A stretch of 64,000 nucleotides of DNA from Mobula hypostoma (GCF_963921235.1 NC_086109.1:25854001-25918000); one strand, 5' to 3'; numbered from the stretch's first letter, positions 1 through 13,197 are shown. Made by a program: numbers and translations. Notes: generated by a model from the letters alone, not told the origin.

Positions 1-370
1 GCAAATGAATTATGACCAGTGATTTACAGTGATATATTTAAGGTTTTGAAAAAAGCTGGCAGAGATACGACTGTTATTTCCGAGGATAGATTGCAGGATG
101 AGCTTTTAGACAATGGTGACTTTAATGGGTGGGAACATTGTGACAGTATATCAGTAGAAGAAACCATTTATTCCAAGCAGAATGCTAGACAAGATGAATT
201 ACTGGATGCTCAGAAAGGAAGTGATGTAATAGCACCGGAGGGTAATGAACAATATCAGCTTCAGTACGAACCAGTGGAAATTTAAAAAAATTTATAGAAA
301 GTATTTGCAAATACTACGCATTTTTAAGATCTCAAAAACAGATGGATGGCTGCTAAAAAAAGGGGAGAGA
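1..370 (+). mobile_element. Possible 3' internal remnant of an LTR retroelement
   Basis: Acidic open frame ending at 285, then a polypurine-tract-like AAAAAAAGGGGAGAG at ~355-369; no LTR recognised. Confidence 0.25.
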
Positions 371-821
371 AGCTTTATGCCTTGTCTATTGCAACTTCCA
401 TTCAGTTCTGCATATAGATAGCAACCCTTTCATCTGAAATGTGCAAATGCTTAAAACTGGGACCTACTCTGTTTTTAGGAGGCACTGTCCTTTCTGCCTG
501 TGCTGTGTGAACATTGTCTCACATAGTGAACACACTAGCACATAGATCTTACAACAGACACAATGAAGACCAATCATAACACTTTTCAGAAAATTTTTGA
601 TCTGATAAGGCCTTGAGAAACAGGGTATCCCTTCTTAGGCACCATTTCCCATGATTGTCTCAGCATGGGAACTAGCTGATCTTCTACCCCTAGAGTATTA
701 GAAAGAACGGCATATTCACTTCAATGGCATTTAAAGTCAAAACACAGTTCTCTTTTCCAGTGCATGCTTTGAGTATAGTGACATCATGCTGTCAATTTTA
801 TACTTATTGTGAACAATGTAA

Positions 822-1000
822 AAGGCGATGGATGAACTCAGAGGCCAAGCAGGCCAGTTAATGTTCTGGTAGACCCAATGAAAAATCTTGACCCTAAAGG
901 TTGACTGTCCATTTCTTTCCATAAATGCTGCCTGATTTGCTGAGTTCATCCATCGCCTTCTGTGCTGTTCCAGATTCCAGCATCTGTAGTCTCATGTGTC
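822..1000. mobile_element. Old fold-back Penelope-terminus derivative
   Basis: Perfect 20-bp inverted repeat 822-841/940-959; right arm has the Penelope-end motif atgctgcctga...gctgagttc...ttccagcatctg. Confidence 0.6.
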
Positions 1001-1613
1001 ACTAACTGTATGCAGGTCAATTTTTTTCCAAACTTTCTATGCTGAAAGAACTTACTTTGTGTAGCATGGCATTCGTGCTCAGCTGGGGGCTGGCCTCTCC
1101 TATTGGTACTGCCCTCTCGTGTTCAATCAGTGGAATGACGGGCTGGATTGCTGGGAGATGTACCTTCAATTTATGGGACACGTCGCTCAGTCTTGGACTA
1201 CATACATTTTTTTGCATGACTGTTTTTTTACTTGCTAATTTGAATGAGCTGTGTTTGGACCTTGGCCCTAGAGGAATGCTGTTTCATTCGTCTGTATACA
1301 TGTGTGGTTGAATAATAATTACATTTTATTTGATTTAATTGAAGCTTTACTTTCATTCTGACAATGACACTATGGAAGCACACATTCCCCATTCAGTTTT
1401 ACTGAACTGATCTATGTTGGTAACTAAAAAGAACTAAACAATTAACTAATTACCCACTTTTCCCCTCTCATAGCTCATTAATAACCAACCAAAAAGCTGC
1501 TTAAAATTCAAGCAATGATTTAGAAAGCAAATAGCCAATTATTTCACTGTGTCATAAATGGTTGGTATAACACCACCAGACCCCATGTGTACATAAGTAT
1601 TTTTGGCACTTAC

Positions 1614-1734
1614 TCAATCTCCATACTGAGAAGCTCCACCAATGCAGTAAAGGTGCCAACTTCGAGCAACAGAAATACATTATATCTCATCCACTGCTGG
1701 ACTTCTCCCTCAGAGTTACATTCACCAAAGGTAC
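1614..1734 (-). CDS. STRIP1: STRIP coding exon 5 (121 nt); gene continues beyond window start
   Basis: ttgcag|GT...ATT GA|gtaagt; (G)TFGECNSEGEVQQWMRYNVFLLLEVGTFTALVELLSMEI. Confidence 0.96.
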
Positions 1735-2221
1735 CTGCAAGCCAACATAAAGGATGACAACATGACTGCATTCATTTTGTTCATCTAAAGTAAAAATCAA
1801 ATTTATGTAAGAATTTTAACATTGATGATGTTCCAAGCACCTCAGATAGCAGTATCTTGGAGGGCAAGGACAAGGTGAGGAGAGGTAGGATTCTGCCCTC
1901 TTTCTCCATTTAAACAATTACTATTATCCAATCAAAGTGGGTGGCCTCATATTTCCCCAATTTATGCACCATTTACCACATTTTGTCACCCAGCTAACCC
2001 AACATATTCCTTTGCAGATTCTACATCCCTTTCACAATTTACTTTCCAATGTCTTTATATCATCAACAAACTCAGCTGCAATACATTTATTTCATTCATC
2101 TAAATCGCTAGAATAATTATTGCATAGTTGAGGTCTGTTATCGACGTTGCAGACACACAAATGGATCACAGAAATACAGCAGGTAATAAGGCCCTTTGCT
2201 AACTTGTCAAGCACCCATTTA

Positions 2222-3561
2222 CACCCTATCCTCGTTATAAACGTCTTCAGACAATACGGATTCAGTTATGCGAGGAACCTATTTCTACCAACGTCTCCTT
2301 ATAACTCACAGTTATGTGAGGAGCACTGCTTTCCCGCCAATATAAGTCACATGCGCACGCCTCACAGTCTTACTGTTGGGATCAGAAGCACCGCTCTCCC
2401 ACCAATACAAGTCAGGTGCAAGTGCCTCACAATCTCACTCCCGCCAGTTTCGCATTGGTTTTGGCAAGGTTTGGATGCGCAATCTTGCACTCTTAAAACT
2501 TTTGTTAGTTTTACCTACGGTGCAGTGATTTTATGCTTGAAATAGTTAACTATGGCTCCTAAGCGTCCAATGTCATGTCCTGGGCCGTCAGCCGAGCGGC
2601 AGAGAACCGCTTTAACACTTGAAAAAAAGTTGGAAATTATAAACAGCGCAGCATCAGCTGAAGGTAACACAGCTCTGGGACACTACTGCCGGGAACAGAA
2701 TCTTGCCTTTAAAGTTCTTTTGTTGCTGGACAATGCGCCAGCCCATCCTAAACATTTAGACAGCATTCATCCTAACATAACAGTGCATTTCCTGCCGCCT
2801 AACACAACATTGCTGATTCAACCACTCAACGAAGGTGTAATCCACATTCAAGGCGTATGTATTTTTTTTTACGGCGAACTATTTTTCAGATGCTGTAAGC
2901 AACAGACCATTTTGAAAATCCCTGGAGTTTACCAATGGTGAGGGAATGGTGGAAGTCGGAACACTTGGCACAAATGGCGATGGACATGGACTTAATTTTA
3001 GAACAGAGTCAGCATTTCAGTCGTTCCCTGCCGTCAACCCTTCTTCCCTACAAGCAAATTTATGCTGAAAAACAAAATGCTGCCAAGCAAACAACCCTCA
3101 CCACTTTCTTCAAATCGGTGTCATCTTCTGCTGCCGGCAGTTTTAAGAATTCTGTGAGTCTTCCTTCACCCCTTGCTGTGCTTGATATGATCCTGACGAC
3201 CACAACCATCCACCTTATCCATGTAAAGCTGCCCGACACCACAACAACCACTCATCTCCCAGAGCGAACTCATCTGCCACTGTTGGTGAGTACTGTACAC
3301 CCTAGGATGTTAACTTTCTATGATTTATTACAATGAGTATCAACTTAAGTTGATGAAATATAATACAAATGTTGTCTTGTGGTACTGCTTTTGTGTCATA
3401 TTGATATGAAAATGTGAATAAATTACAGATAAAACATATTTAGGAAGCCCTCTGGAACGCATCCCTATTTTCTCCATTTAAATAATTATTCACATTATGT
3501 GATTTCACATTATGCGTCGACTTCGAGGAACGTACCCCCCGCATATAACTCGGATAGGGTG
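2222..3561 (+). mobile_element. Internally deleted Tigger/pogo DNA transposon in STRIP intron 4
   Basis: TA flanks 2220-2221 and 3562-3563; 18-bp TIRs CACCCTATCCTCGTTATA / TATAACTCGGATAGGGTG; ORF 2552 has CENP-B-like LTLEKKLEII and DDE motifs LLLLDNAPAH, FLPPNTT, IQP. Confidence 0.9.
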
Positions 3562-4029
3562 TATACACCAGTCCTACTCTAATCAATTTTATCCACCCCA
3601 CATTCTCTTATCAACCCAAATGTTATCCATTTTCCCTAATTCTCCAGTCTGCCGACCAATCCCCTATCCATTATATTCCAACACCATGAACCTTTATTTT
3701 GCACAGTAATCTTTTAAGTGGCACTTATCAACTGCCTTTTAGAAATACAATAAAACTACTGGTTCTCCTTTATCCACCCTGTTAACTATATAACCAAAAG
3801 AACTGTTATAAATTTGCCAATTACAGAAAAATTTAATTGAAGGTTGAAGGACAATTTCAAACATTTCAAAGCATTAAGAGAAGCAGATGGAGCAAGGAGA
3901 GAGTATGTATGAAAATTAAAGCTAGGCCTTTGAGGAGTAAAAAGTTGCTCTGGCCTGGAGTTCCAATTTTCACTCAAAACCCACAAACAAAAATAGCTTT
4001 AACAAAGTCAGATCACTGGAAGATGTTAC

Positions 4030-4164
4030 CTTGTGCCATATACAGAATGGCACGAGCCACTTTCAGTCTCTTCTCTCTGGCAGTTACCTCCAAGCCATCC
4101 AGTAATCGCATAGCATGAGCCTGATGCTCTGAGAAATCCACTTCTGTCCATTTCTTATCTTTCA
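4030..4164 (-). CDS. STRIP1: STRIP coding exon 4 (135 nt)
   Basis: gtgcag|TG...CAA G|gtaaca; (V)KDKKWTEVDFSEHQAHAMRLLDGLEVTAREKRLKVARAILYMAQ(G), hallmark STRIP1 N-terminal domain sequence. Confidence 0.96.
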
Positions 4165-4946
4165 CTGCACAGCAAATCATTAACAGTGCATTTGTTATTC
4201 ATCATCAGCAATGACAATAAGCAAGTCTGTCGGAGTAGTATATCATACGATCTCTTAAAAAAATTAAGCCCTATTTACAACTGTATTTATATATTCACAA
4301 CTGCAGCAGGCACATGATGTAAGTAAGTTACTATCACTTAAAACCTGGTATTTTGTACGTTCGTGCCAAAAGTAGAAACAGTTCACGCTGCTGACAAAAT
4401 ATCATAATGAATTGCACAATTTCAGAAAATGAATCTGAAATAGCACCAGAGAGACAAACTTTAACTCTTTAATTGAGTAAAAGTGAAGAGATTGTTTTTC
4501 CCAACTTCAACTTTGGCATTATAAGAATGCATTTTAGAATATATTTACAGGAAAGAAATAAAGTTATCTGATTTTGCTCTAAGAACAGTAAATATCCAGA
4601 GCAAGAATTTGGGAATAGTTAGACAGTGGAGTCCAGAGATGAGATAAAAGTAAACTAAAGTATCAGTGAAAAGGATCATGGACTGGAAAAAGGACTGGTA
4701 TTAGGGAAGATTTTAACTCAAGATAAAAAAAGGTAGCAAATCCTCAACAGGAAACTTTAAATGTGAAATGGAATATAAACCAAATAAATTGCTGAATGGT
4801 AGTTCGGAAATAATGTCACTATTTGAGTAAAAGATTGCTACAACATAATACCAATGTATCAAGTCTTTGAGTAATTTAACAACAATTTTGACAACATAAA
4901 CAGAGAGAGAAAAAGAATTATATATGAGCAAAAAGTTTGTCATTAC

Positions 4947-5021
4947 CATGAGTCTTGAATTCATCCTCAAAGCATTTTCTATTCAGTTGAAGCTCAGGAC
5001 CCTCTGTATAGCTGTACAATT
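4947..5021 (-). CDS. STRIP1: STRIP coding exon 3 (75 nt)
   Basis: ttattag|AA...CAT G|gtaatg; (E)LYSYTEGPELQLNRKCFEDEFKTH(V); in phase with exons 2 and 4. Confidence 0.95.
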
Positions 5022-5109
5022 CTAATAAAATAATATTAGAAATATTTTGGAGTGTTAACTAAGAATAGACTTTGTATCTCTACACCTTGTTAACTAAGAA
5101 TTAAGTTGT

Positions 5110-6470
5110 ACTTTGAAATCATGGAGACCCTTGTGGAGATATTTAGTTCATCATAAGTCACTAGTGTGGTTCTACAAGACTGGAAGGTGGTTGACGTTTA
5201 ATTGTTTAAGGATAGAAAGGACCTTCTAAGAGATCTTGACTTCTGTTGTAGGGAACTGGAGGAAATCTACCATCTGTTGGTTAGTCAAGGTCTAATCAGG
5301 AATAGTCAGCACGGCTTTGTGCATGAGAGGTCATGGCTGACAAATCTGGTGGGAATTGTTTTGAAGAGGTAACTAAGAGGTTAGATGAAGGTAAGCCAGT
5401 AGATGTTGTCAATACGGACTTTAGTAAGGCCTTCGACAAGATACACATGAAGCTGATCTGGAAGGTTAGCACAATTGAGATTCAGGGAGAGCTAGCAAAG
5501 TGAATTCAGAAATGGGAAGCAGAGGATGACGGTAAAGACCGATTCTCCGACTAGAGGCCTGTGACTACTGGGGAGCTCCAGGGCTCTGTGTTAAGACGTT
5601 AGTTATTCACAGTTATGTAAATGATTTGGAAATGAATGCACATGGAAAAATTAGCAAGTCTGCTGAGGATACTGAAATATCGTGACTAGTGAAGCAGGTT
5701 ACAATGAATTACAAAGAGATCTTGATCAGTGTGGGAAATGGATGAGAAATGGCAAATGGATTTCAACTTGGATAAGTGCAAGTCATATCAGTATAGGTCT
5801 TATATGGTGATTAGCAAGTCAGTGATGAGTATTGGGGAACACAGGATCCTAGGAGTGCAGGTGCACAGTTCACTGAAAACAGCAGTGCAAATACACAGGA
5901 TGGAGGTGGTGGTGTAAGGCCTGCTGGTCTTCATTAGTCAGGGAGTAAAGCTTAAAAGTAGGGTTATTAAGTTGCAGTTATACATCATTGGTGAAGTTAC
6001 ATTTGGATATTGTTTTGGTCACCCTGCTATAGAAAGACAATGTCAAGCTCGACAGGGGCAGAAGAGATCTACAAGGAAGTTGCATGGACTAGAGGGCCTG
6101 AATTAAAGGGAGAGATTAACCACCTGGATCTTTATTCCCTGGAGCGTAGCAGAACGAGGGGTGACCTCATTTAAGTTAATGAGATCATGAGGGTTATGGA
6201 TAAAGTGGACGGTCATAATTTTTTTTAACCCCCAGGGATGGGTAGTCCAAAACTAGAGAGCACAGATATTAGATAAAAAGAGAAATTTAAAAGAGACCCA
6301 AGAGGTAACTTCTTTACAGGGGGTAGTGAACACGTGGAATGAGCTACTACAGGAAGTGGTCAAGGTGAGTACAGTTGCAACATTTAAAAGACATTTTGAT
6401 AGGTACATAGAGGCGACACTAGCAGGGAGGATAATATGGTGAGGACAGAACAGTTGGGCCAAAGGACCCA
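5110..6470 (+). mobile_element. Highly decayed CR1 LINE (RT and 3' end)
   Basis: Degenerate NSQHGF, DFSKAFD, WQMDFN motifs and CR1-type 3' UTR. Confidence 0.8.
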
Positions 6471-6650
6471 TCCCTGCTCAGGGAAGGGAGATGGATGAAG
6501 TGCACATGACAAGGAGCCGAAAGGAAGTTTGAGGATCATGTTCTCTAACTCCCGCAACCCAATGGAATCTGCTTGTGTGCAACTCCTTTCACTTCACACC
6601 ATCTCTAGCCAAGATAAAGAAATAAACAATGCAAGCAGAATCTATTCTCT

Positions 6651-7474
6651 AACAACAGGAATTCTGCAGATGCTGGAAATTCAAGCAACACACATCAAAG
6701 TTGCTGGTGAACGCAGCAGGCCAGGCAGCATCTGTAGGAAGAGGCGCAGTCGATGTTTCAGGCCGAGATCCTTCGTCAGGACTAACTGAAGGAAGAGTGA
6801 GTAAGGGATTTGAAAGTTGGAGGGGGAGGGGGAGATCCAAAATGATAGGAGAAGACAGGAGGGGGAGGGATAGAGCCAAGAGCTGGACAGGTGATAGGCA
6901 AAAGGGGATATGAGAGGATCATGGGACAGGAGGTCCGGGAGGACAAGTTGGGGGGGGACCCAGCGGATGGGCAAGAGATATATAGAGGGACAGAAGGAGA
7001 AAAAGCAGAGTGAGAGAAAGAATATGTGCATAAAGATAAGTAACAGATGGGGTACGAGGGGGAGGTGGGGCATTAGCGGAAGTTTGAGAAGTCAATGTTC
7101 ATGCCATCAGGTTGGAGGCTACCCAGACGAAATATAAGGTGTTGTTCCTCCAACCTGAGTGTGGCTTCATCTTTACAGTAGAGGAGGCTGTGGATAGACA
7201 TGTCAGAATGGGAATGGGATGTGGAATTAAAATGTGTGGCCACTGGGAGATCCTGCTTTCTCTGGCGGACAGAGCGTAGATGTTCAGCAAAGCGGTCTCC
7301 CAGTCTGCGTCGGGTCTCGCCAATATATAAAAGGCCACATCGGGAGTACCGGACGCAGTATATCACCCCAGTCGACTCACAGGTGAAGTGTTGCCTCACC
7401 TGGAAGGACTGTTTGGGGCCCTGAATGGTGGTAAGGGAGGAAGTGTAAGGGCATGTGTAGCACTTGTATACTGT
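6651..7474 (-). mobile_element. 5'-truncated Penelope-like retroelement (GIY-YIG endonuclease plus terminal repeat)
   Basis: ORF 7073-7399 GVIYCVRYSRCGLLYIGET...RFAEH...VATHFN...GMN; 10-bp TSD TCTATTCTCT at 6641-6650 and 7475-7484. Confidence 0.92.
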
Positions 7475-7496
7475 TCTATTCTCTGTTCACGAGATT

Positions 7497-7715
7497 AGTC
7501 ATAGAAAAGAACACCACAGAAACAGGTCCTTTGGCCCATCCGGTCTTTACTGACCTATTTAAACTGCCTACTTCCACTGACCTGCACTGGGACCATAGTC
7601 CTCCATATCCCTACCTAACTTCTCCTAAATGATGAAATTGAGCTTGCATGCACCACTTGCACTGGCAGCTCCTTCCACACCCTCATTACTCTCTGAGTGA
7701 AGAAGTTTCCTCTCA
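7497..7715 (-). mobile_element. CR1 3'-end fragment
   Basis: catag...acagaaacaggtcctttggcccatc...ccattactctctgagtgaagaagtttcc is an antisense CR1 terminus. Confidence 0.65.
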
Positions 7716-8052
7716 TGAAGCCCTTAAGCTAGACTGACTAATAAAATATATATTTTTTAAAACTACACTTCCTGTCACTCCACTGTATGTCACCATGTCC
7801 AGCTGCAATGATGATGAGTCTGTAAATTTGTAACTTTCGAATGCCAAACCACTACTGCTACAAAATGATAGAAATGATTCTCCCAATTCTGAGATGTAAA
7901 GCTTGAAAGAGTCCACGAAGCTCAGAGCAGATGTCTCACTCATTGCTGCATTTATTTATCCATCAGGTTTCACATCTACCAATACCTCACTTTATTACAT
8001 TTCATCTGAAAAAAAATTATTTTGTAGATTTTTCAAAATTTTCACTTTTTAC

Positions 8053-8122
8053 CTGAAAGCTCAGCTGTCCATTTGTCACTGTCAGAATATTCAAACTCAA
8101 GGTCTGGTGACTCAGAAAAACC
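8053..8122 (-). CDS. STRIP1: STRIP coding exon 2 (70 nt)
   Basis: tcctag|GGT...TCA G|gtaaaa; translates GFSESPDLEFEYSDSDKWTAELS(E), matching STRIP1 GYSESPDLEFEYADTDKWAAELSE; in phase with exon 1. Confidence 0.95.
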
Positions 8123-8624
8123 CTAGGATTTGAAAGAAAGAAATCAACGATCCAATTAACTATCAAAACAGACAGTCTACACAGGAAAATTCTACAATAC
8201 AAATATAGTATCAGAATTGAAACTATTGAAACAATTGTCCATAATTTATATAAATGCTTCAAGACTTCCAAATTTGCATATGATGTCAATTACCTAGCCA
8301 ACACAAAGGACACTTTTTTTAAAAACTAATTTTTCATGATGCACACATATCTGCATAACCAATGTTTAAACCTATCTCTGGACACCCTTGAGAAGTTAGA
8401 GGTAACCACCGCTTCTTAAACGGTTTGCCTTGTTTTTTTTTACACTGGTGTTAGTCTCAGTCAGTTTATGTGCAGCTTTTCATTAATTCTATAGTATTTA
8501 TTGTTTTCCCTGCAAATGCGGCAAGAAAATGAATCTCAGGGTAGAATATGAAACATATACTTACTTCAATAATAAATTTACTGTGAACATTGAAATCAAA
8601 TGCCAATTAAGCAGGATACTTTGT

Positions 8625-9250
8625 TCTGGATATTGTTGAGAGTTGCTGAAGTTGGTCTCATCTAGGCAATAGTCTATCTTGTGCCTTGTCTATAGTGAAA
8701 GTATCTTGTGGCGTCAGAAAGTCAGTCATGTGCTGCTGGATACCCTGATCTTCTGGTCACAGTATTTATGTGGCTGATCAGGTTCAGCTTCTGATTGACT
8801 GCAGTACCCAAGATCTTAATGGCAGAGAAGTAATTGGATATAACTGAACACCAAGTGTACGTGTGTGGACCTACATATTGGAAATATTTATTCCCTTGCA
8901 GTTGTAGATATACCACTATCAAGCCATGCCTGATTGATATCCTATTTAGTTGTATCCAGTCATGGACATTTTTCATTTCCTGATGACTTCAAAGTGGAAT
9001 TGTACACATCAGTGTACATCGTCCTTCCTACAGATTAAGATGATAAACAGCTCAAAGGACTTGGGACAAGAACACAAGCTTGAAGAACTCCTGCAGCAGA
9101 GCTCTGGGACTGGAAAGATTGATCCCCACTCCACCCCAGTAACTGTAACTATCTATGAAACAGATCAGTGTTTTCACCTCATGCCAAGGAAAAGATTTCT
9201 GACTGGCAGTCCGACCTGGAACCGTTTTTCTTACTTTGATACCACTTTAC
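8625..9250 (-). mobile_element. Old LINE (CR1/L2 group) RT relic
   Basis: Degenerate translation IKILG..NQKLN..SHINTV typical of LINE RT C-terminal region. Confidence 0.5.
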
Positions 9251-9641
9251 CAATTTCCAGCATTTTCTACCTCTTCGCACCCCCCCCCCCCATGTTTGCA
9301 ACATCCACACTTCTTTTAATTTTGAGAAGCTAGAGTCCATAGATGGGAAAACAGAGATCCCACATAAGTGACAGAAGCAGCACAGGATTAAACAAACAAC
9401 TCCTGCTGATCTCATTGATCACCTCAGAAACCACAAAAACACAGTGGGTCCTCAATTGTCAGAAGTGCATAACCAATGTACTGGTTATTATAGACCATAA
9501 GACATACAAACAGGATTAGGTTATGTGACTCATCGAATCTGCTCCACTACTTCAGCTCAGCTGATCCATTTTTCCTCTCAGCCCCAACCATCTGCCTCCC
9601 CCACCCCACTGAATCCCTTCATGCCCTGACCAATCAAGAAC

Positions 9642-12600
9642 ATAGAAACATAGAAAATAGGTGCAGGAGTAGGCCATTTGGCCCTTCGAGCCTGCGCCGC
9701 CATTCAGTATGATCATGGCTGATCATCCAACTCAGAACCCTGTACCAGCCTTCCCTCCATACTCAATGATTCCTTTAGCCACAAGGGCCATATCTAACTC
9801 CCTCTTAAATACAGCCAATGAACTGGCCTCAACTGTTTCCTGTGGCAGAGAATTCCACAGATTCACCACTCTCTGTGTGAAGAAGTTTTCCCTAATCTCG
9901 GTCCTAAAAGGCTTCCCCTTTATCCACAAACTGCAACTCCTCGTTCTGGACTTCCCCAACATCGGGAACAATCTTCCTGCATCTAGCCTGTCCAATCTCT
10001 TTAGGATTGTATACGTTTCAATAAGATCCCCCCTCAATCTTCTAAATTCCAACGAGTATAAGCCTAGTCGATCCAGTCTTTCATCATATGAAAGTCCTGC
10101 CATTCCAGGAATCAATCTGGTGAACCTTCTTTGCACTCCCTCTATGGCAAGGATGTCTTTCCTCAGATTAGGGGACCAAAACTGCACACAATACTCCAGG
10201 TGTGGTCTCACCAAGGCCTTGTACAACTGCAGTAGTACCTCCCTGCTCCTGTACTCGAATCCTCTTGCTATGCATGCCAGCATACCATTCGCCTTTTTCA
10301 CCGCCTGCTGTACCTGCATGCCCACTTTCAATGACTGGTGTATAATGACACCCAGGTCTTGTTGCACCTCCCCTTTTCCTAATCGGCCACCATTCAAATA
10401 ATAATGTTTTCCTGTTTTTGCCACCAAGGTGGATAACCTCACATTTATCCACATTAAATTGCATCTGCCATGAATTTGCCCACTCACCTAACCTATCCAA
10501 ATCACCCTGCATCCTCTTAGCATCCTCCTCACAGCTAACACTGCCGCCCAGCTTCGTGTCATCCGCTAACTTAGAGATGCTGCATTTAATTCCCTCATCT
10601 AAGTCATTAATATATATTGTAAACAACTGGGGTCCCAGCACTGAGCCTTGTGGTACCCCACTAGTCACTGCCTGCCATTCTGAAAAGGTCCTGTTTATTC
10701 CCACTCTTTGCTTCCTGTCAGCCAACCAATTCTCTATCCACATCAATACCTTACCCCCAATACCGTGTGCGTTAAGTTTGCACACTAATCTCCTGAGCCT
10801 TTTGAAAATCCAAATATAGCATATCCACTGGTTCTCCCCTATCCACTCTACTAGTTACATCCTCAAAAAATTCTATGAGATTAGTCAGACATGATTTTCC
10901 TTTCACAAATCCATGCTGACTTTGTCCGATGATTTCACCGCTTTCCAAATGTGCTGTTATCACATCTTTGATAACTGACTCTTGCAGTTTCCCCACCACC
11001 GATGTTAGGCTAACCGGTCTATAATTCCCTGGTTTCTCTCTCCCTCCTTTTTTAAAAAGTGGGGTTACATTAGCCACCCTCCAATCCTCAGGAACTAGTC
11101 CAGAATCTAAAGAGTTTTGAAAAATTATCACTAATGCATCCACTATTTCTTGGGCTACTTCCTTAGGCACTCTGGGATGCAGACCATTTGGCCCTGGGGA
11201 TTTATCTGCCTTTAATCCCTTCAATTTACCTAACACCACTTCCCGACTAACATGTATTTCCCTCAGTTCCTCCATCTCACTGGACCCTCTGTCCCCTACT
11301 ATTTCCGGAAGCTTATTTATGTCCTCCTTAGTGAAGATAGAACCAAAGTAGTTATTCAGTTGGTCTGCCATGTCCTTGCTCCCCATATCAATTCACCTGT
11401 TTCTGTCTGTAAGGGACCTACATTTGTCTTACCCAATCTTTTTCTTTTCACAAATCTATAAAAGCTTTTACAGTCAGTTTTTATGTTCCCTGCCAGTTTT
11501 CTCTCATAATCTCTTTTCCCTCTCCTAATTAAGCCCTTTGTCCTCCTCTGCTGGACTCTGAATTTCTCCCAATCCTCAGGTGAGCCACTTTTTCTGGCTA
11601 ATTTGTATGCTTCTTCTTTGGAATTGATACTATCCCTAATTTCCCTTGTCAGCCACAGGTGCACTACCTTCCCTGATTTATTCTTTTGCCAAACTGGGAT
11701 GAACAATTGTTGTAGTTCATCCATGCGATCTTTAAATGCTTGCCACTGCATATCCACCGTCAACCCTTTAAGTGTCATTTGCCAGTCTATCTTAGCTAAT
11801 TCACGTCTCATACCTTCAAAGTTACCCTTCTTTAAGTTCAGAACCTTGGTTTCTGAATTAACAATGTCACTCTCCATCTTAATGAAGAATTCCACCATAT
11901 TATGGTCACTCTTACCCAAGGGGCCTCTCACGACAAGATTGCTAATTAACCCTTCCTCATTGCTCAATACCCAGTCTAGAATAGCCTGCTCTCTAGTTGG
12001 TTCCTCGACATGTTGGTTCAAAAAACCATACCGCATACATTCCAAGAAATCCTCTTCCTCAGCACCCTTACCAATTTGGTTCACCCAATCTATACGTAGA
12101 TTGAAGTCACCCATTATAACTGCTGTTCCTTTATTGCACACATTTCTAATTTCCTGTTTAATACCACCCCCAACCTCACTACTACTGTTAAGTGGCCTGC
12201 ACACAACTCCCACCAGCATTTTCTGCCCCTTAGTGTTATGCAGCTCTACCCATTTCGATCCCACATCCTCCCGGCTAATGTCCTTCCTTTCTATTGCGTT
12301 AATCTCCTTTCTAACCAGCAATACTACCCCACCTCCTTTTCTTTCATGTCTATCCCTCCTGAATATTGAATATCCCTGAATGTTGAGCTCCCATCCTTGG
12401 TCACCCTGGAGCCATGTCTTTGTGATCCCAACTATATCATATTCATTAATAACAATCTGCACTTTTAATTCATCCACCTTGTTACGAATGCTCCATGCAT
12501 TGACACACAAAGCCTTCAGGCTTGCTTTTACAACACTCCTAGCCCTTATACAAATATGTTGAAAAGTGGCCCTTTTTGATTTTTGCCCTGGATTTGCCGG

Positions 12601-13197
12601 CCTGCCACTTTTACTTTTCACCTTACTACTTTTTGCTTCTACCCTCATTTTACACCCCTCTGTCTCTCTGCACTTGTTTCCATCCCCCTGTTGTGAACTA
12701 ACCTCCTCTCTCCTAGTCTCTTTAATTTGATTCCCACCCCCCCCCAACCATTCTAGTTTAAAGTCACCTCAGTAGCCCTCGCAAATCTCCCCGCCAGGAT
12801 ATTGGTCCCCCTAGGATTCAAGTGTAACCCGTCCTTTTTGTACAGGTCACACCTGCGCCAAAAGAGGTCCCAATGATCCAAAAACTTGAATCCCTGCCCC
12901 CGCTCCAATCCCTGAGCCACACATTTATCCGCCACCTCATTGCATTCCCTCTCTCACTGTCGCGTCGCACAGGCAGTAATCCCGAGATTACTACCTTTGC
13001 GGGCCTTTTTCTCAACTCCCTATATTCTCCTTTCAGGACCTCTTCCCTTTTCCTACCTATGTCATTGGTACCTATATGTACCACAACCTCTGGCTCCTCA
13101 CCCTCCCACTTCAGGATATCTTGGACGCGATCAGAAATATCCCAGACCCTGGCACCAGGGAGGCAAACTACCATCCGGGTCTCTGGACTGCGTCCAC
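9642..13197 (-). mobile_element. Relatively young CR1 LINE, 5'-truncated in ORF1 (SGNH esterase), frameshifted ORF2 (APE + RT)
   Basis: ORF1 CLPGA, HIGTND, DGLHLN; ORF2 APE (GDFN, SDH) and RT (GVPQGSVLGP, ADD); (TTTCTATG)n tail at 9642-9656; AGAAC repeated at 9637-9641 and 13198-13202. Confidence 0.95.

Noticed and set aside
7713-7943. 76-aa minus-strand ORF (MSETSALSFV...) with an upstream acceptor-like site in STRIP intron 2
   Set aside because: The acceptor is only ~45 nt from the exon 2 donor, there is no recognisable homology, and STRIP exons 2 and 3 already join in frame.
9709-12379. Long plus-strand ORFs (230 and 258 aa)
   Set aside because: Antisense frames of CR1 ORF2.
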